Shown here in pieces: positions 13,322 to 25,024 of a DNA stretch of 64,000 nt (the first letter of the stretch is position 1; the number at the start of each line of letters is the position of its first letter). The stretch covers positions 34,844,001-34,908,000 of the forward strand of contig OZ241826.1 in the NCBI GenBank assembly GCA_965202585.1, in the 5' to 3' direction. The position numbers and the translations under genes were made by a program. Under the pieces are notes generated by a model. The model was given only the letters and a program-made list of their open reading frames with translations. It made no database searches and was not told where the DNA came from. Origin of the DNA: Thalia democratica. Lineage: Eukaryota.

Positions 13322-14449
13322 ATTTAAACTAAAAGAACTTTTATAATAAGTTTAACAAAAAAGTTACTTCTAGTTGTTTTGCATATGATGTTTGCAAGCT
13401 AAAGAAACTACACTGGCTAAATAATTTTGTTTGGCATTCGGTATGTTGCCCACCCCTGCTTTAAAATTTTGCACAATTAGTAAGTTTAACATATTTTAAA
13501 TGTTAAAAGCGTTCATTGTTGAACTAAAGTTTTTAATATCAAGTTTGCTAGTAATCAATAGTAGCCCTTAAGGATTTCAATATTTGATAAAACTATGGTA
13601 CAACTAGAAAAGTTAAATGTTTTTTTTCTTAACTTTTTAAAGCAATTGCATCAATTATCTTTCAAATTCCTTTAAAGTTTTTAGTTTAAAAGGTTGGTTT
13701 TCCTCAAAAATTTTATCTTGTAATTGTATTTAGACTTCTTAAAAACTTACTTTTATATCATTAACTTTCATTTTTTAAGATTTCTCACTCACTTCTGGCT
13801 TAATAAAAAAAAAGTTGATACAACAAGTGCTGATGAGAAAATAAAACTTTTCACAACTAGACTTTTTGCAACAGTTCTAGTCAAACTTTAATGTTTTATA
13901 GAATTGAATTGATTTCATAGTTTATTGCAATATCCTTTGGTTTTATATTATAGTATGTTAGTACCTTCAAACATTAAAAAATTAAGAATTGCATATATCA
14001 GTGTTCAACACTACTGCAACTATTTATTTATTTTAAAATACTTGAAATGAAGAACAAACTATAACTTACTTAAGATAGATAATTTTATTTATGAATATAA
14101 AAGTTTATCTAATGTCTACCTTTTAAAGATCTGCTAAAGGTAAGTTACATTTTTATTTTATGAAACTAATATACTTTTGTAATTCAACTTTCTTTCTTAT
14201 ACTTAACAACAAAATTTTAACAGTTAGCTTACAATGCTTTTTAACGAACTTATTTTTGCTTCAAAAACACAGGTATGTTTAAAAACAAATTATGAAAACT
14301 GTTAGCTAAGTATAATTTTAAAACTTTTACCTAGATTAAATTGAAACATGCTATTAAGCTTGTTACAATGTTGTAAAGTTTTGAATTTAAAATTATAGTT
14401 TTGATCGAAATTTCTTAAGCTCTGCACCTGTGCATTATAGTGTGAACAG

Positions 14450-14712
14450 CAGGGTCTCCCAAAGTGCGCCAAAATAGAAATTTAGGGGGTAATGAGCAGC
14501 AAAGGGGTAAAAGAGGGGCCATGAGCAGTAAAGGGGCCACAGGGGGCATTGGTCCTTGAAACTTACACTAGATATTCTGGAGTTGATGATTAATAGCAAA
14601 AAAAGGTTGTAGGTGTTTCTATTAGTAGTTTTGTAAGTAATCTTGTTTTTGAGAGGTTCATAGTTTCCTTATTTCTTTAATGAAGCTATTTGAAAAAAAT
14701 TGGAAAACTCTG
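14450..14712 (+). mobile_element. ~260-bp hAT-like MITE
   Basis: Imperfect TIRs CAGGGTCTCCCA / TGGAAAACTCTG, with an internal ATGAGCAG(C/T)AAAGGGG duplication shared with 24742. No TSD is preserved. Confidence 0.75.
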
Positions 14713-15235
14713 CTAAATACACTCTTACACAAATAAAATATAACATCATTATATTTAAGACGTTTAGTTAATTTTTAATTTAATTAAAAATGTTAAAAAT
14801 TCACTATATAGTTTTCATGGTAGAGTGATTTAAATGTATTTTAAAGTTTTTAAAATCAATTATCAAAAGTTAAAAATTAAACATTATATATTGCAAATCC
14901 TGTGCTAAAATAAGATTCGTAAATCTGATGTGTTATAATTCAATTTTTAATTACTATATATATAAAATAAAATTAAAAGTACATAAAATAAAATAAACCA
15001 AATAATTTTTATAGACAATAAGTGCGTTTCAAGTTTAATCATAGTAAACTATTAATTACGTATTTTTAATTAATAAAATTTTCTTTGTGTTTTCAATATA
15101 GTCTAAACCAAATTTAAATTTAATAATTTTAACATTTAGTAGTAGTTTATCAAGATATTTCATATACTTATAAATTATAAAAAATTACAAAAACTTGTAG
15201 TATTACTGTATATAAAGTAAGTTTTAGCATTATCA

Positions 15236-15350
15236 CCGTGTGGCAGGATGGTTCGATGCATTACTATGCTAACTGCCACTCATGTAAATACGAGCACTCG
15301 CAGGTTCAAACCCGAGATACAGCGAATTATTAGTTCAGAGCGAGTGCTCA
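15236..15350 (+). mobile_element. tRNA-derived SINE-like head or tRNA pseudogene
   Basis: Pol III A box TGGCAGGATGG (15241-15251) and B box GGTTCAAACCC (15303-15313). No clean cloverleaf seen. Confidence 0.5.
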
Positions 15351-16426
15351 TAAAGAACAGCATTTTTTTTCTCAAATGAAAAAGTGCACGTTTGAACTGA
15401 GGTTTTTCAATTTCTTTTTTTAATATGATTATATTTATACTAGTTTGCAATTTTTTTTTGCATTCTTTTAGTAGGTTTTTAACACTAAATATATTACTTT
15501 ATAAGAATATTTGTTCACTTTAAAGTTATTTAGCATACAGAAAAACTGATTTATAAATGTTTTAAATATTTGTTAAACTAATGTTGTCTGTTTAGTTTTA
15601 TTTAAAAGCCACAGTTTTTCAATTCCTAGTTTATAATGACAAATAATTTTTATAAAATACAAACAAAATATTTTAAACAGGTCGAACTTATATTTTAGTT
15701 CATACAAGTCAATTGATAGTTCAATTATTGATGTCATAATAACATAAGTGTTTGTCATTGTATTATTTACATGTAGAAAATAAAGCTTATAAAATCTGTT
15801 TTATTCAAGCAAAAACTTTTTGAAATTAATTTATGGTTTACAAGATTTGTTAAGGTTATTGAAAGTTTTTAACAGGTATAAGATTACTCTCTACAATCTA
15901 GGGCAGGGCAACGTAAATAGTTGACGGGCCGGATCCAAAAAAAATAGTTATTAGTTGGCCGGAGCATTTGGAGTTATATATTAACAGGATTCAGATGGAT
16001 CCTTTTTTATATCCGGATCTTAATTTGTAAATATTATCATGATCCGGCTAAATAATAATTTTAGACAAGATCCAGATCTGAATGGAAGCTAATTTGAAAA
16101 AGATTTGGATCCGGCTGGATGCTAATTGATTGAGTTTTTCATAATTTGAATCAATGTATTAATGACTAAGGTTCTTAAGTTTGAAATTTTGTGTTATTTT
16201 TTTAAAGTATTTATAACTCTATTTTTATTCTAACTCTGGACCGAAGGAGTAATAGTTATAAAAATTAATTTACTTACTAAAAGTTACTCGAGGCTAATAT
16301 TGTAAGCTAAAACATCAAAAAATTGTTAATTATTCGAAATTATCTAATTTTGGCAATTCTTGGCTGGAGTTTTATTTAATACTATTATTCAGAAGTTAAC
16401 TAGCCTTACAATATTAAATTACTACC

Positions 16427-16585
16427 TTTTAATTTAATTAAACTTATAATTAATATTAATATTATTTATTATTAATTAATATTAATATTTAAGTTAATTA
16501 AAATTATTAAATTAATTAATTAAAATTAATAATTAATATTATTTATTAATATTATTTAATATTTAATTTAATTAATTTTATTTTT
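16427..16585. repeat. Almost pure A/T low-complexity tract (TTAAT/ATTA motifs)
   Basis: Direct inspection of the sequence. Confidence 0.85.
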
Positions 16586-17340
16586 GCAAAAAAAAAAAAA
16601 CAACAAATAATTCTGATATAATAAACAATTTTATCATAAAAGGCAAAAATATGAAGTTAAAAAGATCTCCATGAAACACTTAAGGTTAATCATATAATAA
16701 AGATGTCTAAGTCTAGTTACATGACGGTTTTGGAAAATTTGCAAGTGCACTGAAATACCGATTAGGTTTGAAATTAGCCTATCTTTGTTAATTTTTATGA
16801 TTGGAATTGTTTGTTTTCAAATGTATGAAGTCTCGAACAAAAGTTTCATGGTCATATATTGAAGTTGACAAAATTTGGCTCGTTCAAAAATACATAAATT
16901 CTATCTAAAAATCTACTATAAGTAATCAAAATTAAATTTTTTATTTAAATTTTCATATCAAAACATTTGAAAAACAGTTAACCCTAGATAAAAATTACTT
17001 TTGCTTAAAACTTTGATACTTTTACTTTCAAAATATCAAACAGTAATGATCAACTTCTGAAAATTTACCAAGTTCTGTACTTTAAAAATAATGTTATCAA
17101 ACAATTTATCTAAAATACTTTTTATAAAGTACTGACATAAAATGACGTAATACTAGAATAAAAAAGATATTAATTTATTTTGAAACATGATAACCATATT
17201 AATTTTATAAAATTTGAAATTAAGATCAATTTCACTAATGAAAATAGTATTAAAAGAAAAGTTAACATATAAAACTGTCATATTATATTTTAAATGTAAA
17301 GTTCAAAGAGTTTAGCGAGAACAATTACACTAAAAAGAAG

Positions 17341-17760
17341 TCAATGAGATATTTTTTGATCATCAAAGTTTTTAACAAGTTGTTTAAAATCTGGAAGTAT
17401 TTTCATAGTAGATATTCTCAGTAATGACTGCAGATTGGTATCAGTAAGATTTGAATGCAGCTTAGTTCTGTTTATATACATGGTTGAGAATGCTTGTTCG
17501 CACGTAGACCCAAACAGAACAAGTAACTTCATTGCTGTCTTTTTTAAGTTAACAAACTTTGACTTGTTAAAAAGGGCAAAATTCTGTCAAAGTTTTAATT
17601 TTGGAACTTTTCTTTTAGTGTACTGTCACACTGAAGTTTAACATTTCTAACTGTATATTACTAAGTGCAATTTCGATGTTAAAATTAATACCAAACTCTA
17701 TATTAGTTGTTGAAAGTCTGCAAACCGACGACCAAGCTCATTATCAAGAAACTATCGTTA
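17341..17760 (-). pseudogene. hAT transposase C-terminal/dimerization-domain relic (Buster/SPIN/GTF2IRD2-like)
   Basis: LLVLFGSTCEQAFSTMYINRTKLHSNLTDTNLQSLLRISTMKILPDFKQLVK matches the family motif LFGSTYLCEQxFSxMxxxKxxxRSxLTDxxLxxxLRIST. The upstream frameshifted pieces read LGRRFADFQ and IQLEML. Confidence 0.88.
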
Positions 17761-19189
17761 TCAACTTGTCATCACTAAACTTAACCATATAATTAATCAA
17801 AAAGTCGTTAATAAAAAAAATCAATAGCATAAAAGAGTGCAAATTGTAGTCTCAAATTAAAATATATTAGTAAAATTTAATGTTGAGCAGTTTGGCTTAA
17901 AATAATTGTCAATGTTTAAAATATTTTATTTACATTTCTTAACAAGTATAAAAACAACTCACTACACATCTGGGAAAGACAGCAACTTTTAACACGTCTA
18001 TTTTTATGAAATTCTTTATGTTAGGTAAAATCATTAAATTAACTAAAGAAAATTATTGTTTTTTGATAATTTGAGAAAGGATCACTTCAACTGACTCAAA
18101 CAGAGTAAGATACTTTAACAAATAGTGTTTTTATCACCTCAAAAATAAAAAGCCAATTTTACAAACATTTTTGTATTATAATAATTAAAAAGATTTTGTG
18201 CAAATTTTGTAATATTTACATTGGCTGGCCGGATTTCAGATAAATTTTGAAAATGCTTAGCGGGCTAGATCATCTACTCGCGGGCCGGATCAATTTTGTC
18301 TGCGGGCCGGATTCCATTTAAATTTATAAATTGGGCGCCGGTCATTTTCACTCCACGGCCCTGATCCGGCCCGTGGGCCATACATTGCTCACCCCTACTA
18401 TAATTAGTAGTATCTCGTTTGACGATATGTGTGGCTGGCGTTCATTCGTGCCCGCAAGAGACAACTTGCATTTAAAAGAATAAATGAGAATTAGGAATGC
18501 GGCACATAGTTGTTAAAACTAAAACTCTTGTCATTCATACTTGCATCTATACGTTCCACACATATTCACTACATGTCACGTGATTATGAAATGAAATTAT
18601 TAAAAATGTAACGCGTCAAAGTTGAGCCGTTATAATACTGTCTATGAGTATAGGACACGATTGAAATCAACATGCGATCTAATTTACCTGTGTTCAAAGT
18701 CTATGTAAGTATGCATCTGATGTTAGGATAGTATGTATAGGCTTATTTTGGACAAGAACCAGTTATTGTACAATAAGAGTTAGAGTTACAACTTTCATGT
18801 AACTTTTTTAAACTCTACAGTTTTGGTTAAAAGTTCAGTTATTCACTTTAACTGTTGTATATAAAAGGTTTTTTACACAATTTAAACCTTTTGTTAACCC
18901 TTTGACTTATAATTTTATGTTTTCTTTAACTTGTAGAACTTTTCAATGAAAAAATGTTTAAGCTTTTTCAAGTAAGTTTTGAATTTTCATTAATAAATTG
19001 TATTTGATGAGTGTAAATTTATTTATTTTTGTTAGTTGATTTCGTTAATTGAGAAAAAAAAAACATAAATCTGTACCTAATAGGGTAATTATAAATAAGG
19101 CGATCTTTAAGCTTTCAGCTATTTTGTTTTACATTTGGAAAATATCACAAAAACACTCTGTTCAAATTTTAATACGTTTTGAAGAAACT

Positions 19190-20995
19190 TCACCTTAGCA
19201 TCATCCAATTATTTTGAAAACCTACTCAATACCAACTGTATAGGAGCCTAAAAACACAGACTAAGTCTTATGTTGGTTTATTAGATAGGAGGAACAGAAG
19301 TACAGCTTGTTTAAGTTCGATGTGGTCGATTATTACCCTTCTATTAGTGAAGAGTTTATGATTAAGTCACTGAACTTTGCTAATAATTACATTAGCGTAC
19401 CTGCTGAGGACTTAAGCCTGATAAGAAATGCCTGCGAACAAGGAGCTCTGTAGAGTAAAAATGGATTAAATACCACCAACTCACTTTTTGACGTAGCACA
19501 GGGATCTTACATGGGCGCAGAATTATGCAAACTTGTTGGACTTTTCTTTTAGATTGGCTAAAAGATATCTTTGGTTTAAATAGAGTTGGGTTATACAGAG
19601 ACGGTGGTCTAGCTGTATTGCCCAACTCATCTGGCTTTAAAGTTGAGAAGCTAAAAAAACAAACACATGCCTTCTTCAGATCTATGGGGTTAAGAGTCAC
19701 TGTGGGATCGCCACTAGTGATAACTGACTTCCTAGATGTGAAGCTCAATTTGAATGATATCTCTTTCAAGCCTTATATAAAACAAAACGCTAAATTTATG
19801 TATGTTAACAAACAATCAAGCCACCTTAAAAATATTATAAAACAAATTCCTATATTAATAAATAAACGCCTAAACAAACGATCTAGTAAAGAAGACAATT
19901 TTTTAAAGACAAAAGATGAATATGAAAAAATAATGAAAAAATGCGTATACGATAATAAACTTAAATTTGAAAAACCTGAGCAACAACCTAAAAATAATCA
20001 AAAACATAAAAGAAAAAGAAATGTAATCTGGTACAACCCTCCTTTTAGCAATTCAGTAAAAACTAATATTGGAAGAAAGTTTATAAATCTAGTCATAAAA
20101 CACTTCAATAAACAAAATCCGCTAACAAAAATTTACAACAAACATAATATGTGAATAAGTTATTCGTGTACGGCAAATTTAGAGATCATCATTAAGGCAC
20201 ACAACCAAAAAATTTTAAATCAAAACTCAGGAATTCGATGTCAATGTGGCTGCGCTGGTAGCTGTAAATATAATTTGAAAGGAGTCAATTGCCGTTCAGA
20301 GAACATCGTTTACAATGCACAGTTAACTCTGGCGTTGAGACAAGGTTCTATGTTGGCTTGTGCTCGACTCAGTTTAGATTCAGGTATGCCAATCATAGAA
20401 AATCTTTTAAAGGCGGCATATATGAAAATGACACTAAACTTTCGAAGTATGTTTGTGGCTCAAAGCTTAGCGGCATTGACTTTGAAATATCCTGGGAAGT
20501 TATAAAAAGAGCACACCCATAGCTGACGCCAATAGCCCAATATGTAAGCTATGTCTTAAAGAAGCAACAGCCGTTGTATATGCATTGAAAGACAAGAGAT
20601 GGCTAAATAAAAGGAACAAGTTTGTAACGTCTTATAGACATAAAAAAATTAGTTTTAAAGTTTAATAAGTTTTAATTTCATCTTAAAATAATCTAAACTA
20701 CAATTTTTATCTTAATTTTATCTTTATCTCTTTCAATTATCTGTCCTAATATATAGTTATTCACTGAAGTTTTTTGAATTTTGCCAGTTTATTGTCGATT
20801 AGTAAATTAATTTTTACACAAGCCGTTTTGCATGATTTTTGATAGTTGCAAAATTACGTCATAATCTATTTGTGCTAAATTTTTTAACTTTCATTTGTGT
20901 ATTTTGTTTTGTGCTCTTTTCAAACTTGTTTTGAAGCTGATGAGTGCATAAGCACGAAACCCGAGTCCTTTGAATTTAACATCTTGAAATAAACC
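19190..20995 (+). mobile_element. 5'-truncated, decayed Penelope-like retroelement (RT + GIY-YIG endonuclease)
   Basis: Frameshifted RT motifs CWF..FKFDVVDYYPSIS, QGSYMGAELCKLVGLFLL and GLYRDGGL (YRDD mutated), the linker WYNPPFSNSVKTNIGRKF, the GIY-YIG region IVY.CTV...TRFYVGLCST.FR.RYANHRKSF, and a 3' hammerhead. Confidence 0.92.
20930..20974 (+). ncRNA. Minimal type I hammerhead ribozyme of the Penelope-like element
   Basis: CTGATGA (20937-20943), stem II GTGC-ATAA-GCAC, GAAA (20956-20959), short stem III AC-CCGA-GT, cleavage triplet GTC (C at 20967), and a 7-bp stem I with G-U pairs. Confidence 0.88.
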
Positions 20996-23783
20996 TTTTT
21001 ATTAATAAAGCCCTTAAGGTCGGCTCAGTGTGAAACATTTGATCTTTCAAGTTAAATAACTTAATTCTATATAAATATACATATAAACTAAGGTGATGAC
21101 TTAAACTTAATTACTTTGTACAGAGCCCACTTGAAGGGCTTTCAAATAATTTTTTATATTGTTATAATTATTATAATTTATTATTAAATAAGTTTTGAGA
21201 AACCTTTATTTATTATTTTTTTTTATGTAGGCATTTAACTGCTATATAAATAAAAAAGGTTTTTGTTTTGTTCTTAAATAAGTGTTAAAGATAAATGCTT
21301 TTCTTTATGCTGTCACCCTTGTATAATTTCAAAATTATAACAGTGCAGACAAATCGTTTGTGTTATTATTTTTTTAAACGAGTTAAGCTTTAGTTAAATA
21401 GCAATCTTTTAATGAACATGTTCTTGTAATATTTAGTGGTCAATTAAAAAAAAAAAAAGTAAAATACTAAGTATTAAATTACAAGTATATAATTACATTT
21501 TACACTTAAACTTACTTAGAACATATTTGTAACAAATGACTAGAAAACATATAATATATAAAGTTAACATACATAGTTAATATACAAAGATAATAACACG
21601 TACAGTTTTTATAACACTTGGGTTTTAGAAAAGGTAACTAACAACTGAATTTAATTTACAGATAAGCTCTCTCAGAGTCAACAACTGTCTGCTAGGTGAA
21701 TTCGCATCTGATGGATTTAAAGTTATTTATTATTTAAAGTACAAATAATAGTTTTATTTAATCTCATTTATTTAATTTTTTAAGTTTTTATTAAAATTGA
21801 TTATTTTTATTTTAACAGAACATAACAAGCCAATAGGAACAAAAAATGTTTCAATTAAATCTTATGCTAAAAAAATATGTTTACTTATGTTTCTAAAATT
21901 TTTTTATTCTCATTAGGGGAAGAACAAACTCAGAAATTTAGTCTAAAATTACCACTATTCTATTTAAATAACAAAATTTTACTATTTAAAACTATATTTT
22001 TTAACCTTAATAGAATAATTAAAGATCTATATTAATTCACACAAAGTTCTTAGAATAAATAAGTCGGAAAAACTTTATATAAGTTTATATATTATTACAC
22101 AATATTCATATATCAAGACACTCTAAATACACTCTTTAAACTGCAAGAAAAATGTTAAGCGGTTTTTAAAAAGGTTTTTTAAAAGCAACATTATTATCTT
22201 GTATTAGTTATAAAGTTTTTGTAAGACTGGGACTCATTTAAAATGTTAAACGTTGTGGATTTTATAACAAAATCGATTTTTTTGTTTAATATCAATAAGT
22301 ATATTGAATAACGATAAAAATCCTAAAAGATGATTTTATTATTAAACAGCATTACACGGCTGAATGACCCAAAAACTTATTAAAAAATCAACAATTAAAG
22401 ATTAGTTTACATTTAGTATTTCTAACTTTGTTTTAAATAACCTTTTATATTTATTATGTTTTGTTTTTTTCAATTTATTTTTTCTGATTTTTGCAATTGT
22501 TAGTTCAATAAAAACAGCTTTTTAAATGTATAAGCTTTTTTTAGTTGTTTTAAATTTACATAAACCTAAAGATGAAGCTCATATAAAATTTTTTTTTTTT
22601 CTTATAAAGTGAAAATAATTTATTAATTGTAAATTAATTATGAAGTTTCTCAAGCCTAAATACCAAAATTTTGATGAAAATCAGATAAATCAAAAAATGT
22701 TCACATATTTTTATTTATTAAAATAGTTTTATTTTTTGAATTATTAAAAGTTTTTGCTAGCTTAAATTTTTTTTTCTGATTTTGATAAAACAAACATCTT
22801 TTTAGTATTTCAAAAAATCCCACTCAGAGCTGATTTAAAAGTAGAGTAATTATGATCTTTCAAATAGAGCAATGTTTTGTAACAGGCTTAATTTTAAACT
22901 TTAAGTTTGTTTAAAACTAATAAAACGTATAATAAAAAAATCTATCGTTTAAACAGAATCAGAAAAATCTAAAGTTGGGTCTAATGAATCTTCGACGCAT
23001 TAAAAATAAGGACACAATTAGATATCAAATCATGTTTTATTTATATTGTTTTTCTTTTTTCCTTAAAAAACTTCTGTAAACTTATAAACTATTACATTAT
23101 GGTACGCTCTTTGCTAACATTTTAGATACCTGACTTTGACACCAAGACTCTAAACATGGTTAACAAAGTAAACGCGTTCAGTTTACAAAAATAGTTTTAA
23201 GCGTATAAAATTTTACGCACGTTGCTTAGTTTTAAAAGTTCTGATCGCTTAGTTAAATAAAACTGTAAACCATGCCAGCATAATTATATATGTTTAAAGA
23301 TAATTTTATGCCATATACTACATATCAATTGTAAAATTAAGAAATTAAAAACTAATCCGAAAAATCGTAGTTATGCAAATTTAGATAATTTTCACGGGTA
23401 GCATTCATATCTATGTTCGTGTTCCACATAACATAGTTTCATTTGATTAAGATTGTTTAAACATTTACAATAAATAGAAAAAGCTATGTTTTATTGTAAT
23501 AAAAAACTTAAAACAACTGTTGTTTTTAGTTTGCCAACACTATAACGTTTTTAATTAATTGTTGCTTTGTTTGTAGCCCTATAAGTAAAAAAAATATCTT
23601 CATAAGTATTTAACAGATTTTTTAAAATATTAAATTGAGCAGGAGAATCGTAATAACGATGGTGAAAATGCATAAAATTCTGTTCAAAGAATACACTTAA
23701 TAAACCCACGAAATAGAATAAACCAACAGAGAGATCTACGACGAAAAAGACAACAACTACAACAAAGACAACAGTAACCAAAT

Positions 23784-24053
23784 GTGACTCTTAGTATAGC
23801 ACAGAGAATGGTAGAACGTCTACAACAACAACAAATAGGTCTGACAGCTCAAAGAATTAGAAAGTTTGAACACTTCACTGCAGACGAATCAATAGTTGGC
23901 GAACAATGCATCGTTTGTCTTAAAGATTTGCAAATTGATATGGACATGGTCCGTCTGGACTGTCATTACAACCATTATTTGTGCAAAATTTGTACAGATG
24001 CTTGGTTTCAAAACTACAACAAATGTCCTTTGTGCAATCATGTTTTCAAGTAA
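23784..24053 (+). pseudogene. Intronless C3HC4 RING-finger ORF, probably the 3' remnant of a longer decayed ORF
   Basis: CIVC...CHYNHYLCKIC...W...CPLC. The same frame continues upstream with Q/R-rich sequence but has in-frame TAA at 23775 and 23673. An in-frame ATG at 23808 would give 81 aa. Confidence 0.75.
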
Positions 24054-24741
24054 ATAGTCGTTGATATTGTTATAGTGCACTAATAATTTCAGTAATTCGT
24101 ACTACGTGTAATAAAAACAACACATAATTAATTTTAAATGTTTTTTTCTGTAAAAAATTTTACCTAGTAGTTCTAAAACATACAAACTATGCAACAGTAG
24201 TTAATACTTTCTGAAGAAATAATCTCAACTTTAGTAAGTGATTTATTCTAATCCTTAAATTTTATTTAAAATTACATTGTGTATTTCAAAAATAAAAATC
24301 ATCAGCTGATAAATATTTGTACAAAAAATTACTGCGAGCTTGTTTAGAACTTTAATTTTTTCTTTAACCTATGCAAACAATATTAAATCTAAGTCGACAT
24401 TGTTTTGAAATTAAGTTTATTAGTTGAAGAAAAGAACCTAAAAATATATTTTCAAACTAAGTACATGGAATTCATGGATAGAATAATAAAACGATGCACT
24501 TTCATAAGTTGGTATTAAATCCCTATTTCATAAGTAAATAATTTTAGACATAAAAGACTAAATATCTACAATTTTAATAAAAATAATAGATAACATCACC
24601 GTAAAGCTGTTCAAGTACTAGTATTTTGCTAACTGTAAAGTTTGAAAACATAATTTAAAAAAAAAAAGTTTACTTGCAACCTCTTATTTGACAGTTTCTG
24701 ATAAAAGCACCTTGTCGCCTTTAAGCTTGATTTATTAATGG

Positions 24742-25024
24742 TAGGGTTTCCCAAAGTGGGACAAGTGGTCCCATAGAGGGCCATGAGCAGCAAAGGGGTG
24801 AAAGGAGAAGAGGGAGCGTGAGCATTAAAGGGGCCAAATTGGGGCCATTACGTCATAATTTGAAATTTTCACTAGATATTCCGGAGTTGCAGATGAAGAG
24901 CAAAAAAAGATTTTAGGTGTTTTTAATGGTAGATTTTTGAGTAATATTGTTTTAAAGGGGGTCATAGCTTTTTTAATTTCTATAAAAAAAATTCAATAAC
25001 TTAAAAATATTTTGGGAAACCCTG
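24742..25024 (+). mobile_element. ~280-bp hAT-like MITE
   Basis: TIRs TAGGGTTTCCCAAA / TTTGGGAAACCCTG, and homologous to 14450 and 13140. A further 3' remnant ends at 38050. Confidence 0.8.

Larger units (their letters stand above)
15899..18397 (-). mobile_element. Decayed, internally deleted Buster/SPIN-type hAT transposon
   Basis: Imperfect 17-bp TIRs TAGGGCAGGGCAACGTA / TACATTGCTCACCCCTA, a degenerate TSD CTACAATC/CTATAATT, GGGCCGG/CCGGATC subterminal repeats and a transposase relic inside. Confidence 0.85.

Noticed and set aside
13446-13458. Lone hAT-like TIR TTGCCCACCCCTG, with similar fragments near 10861 and 34922
   Set aside because: I found no partner TIR or TSD, so no element can be defined.
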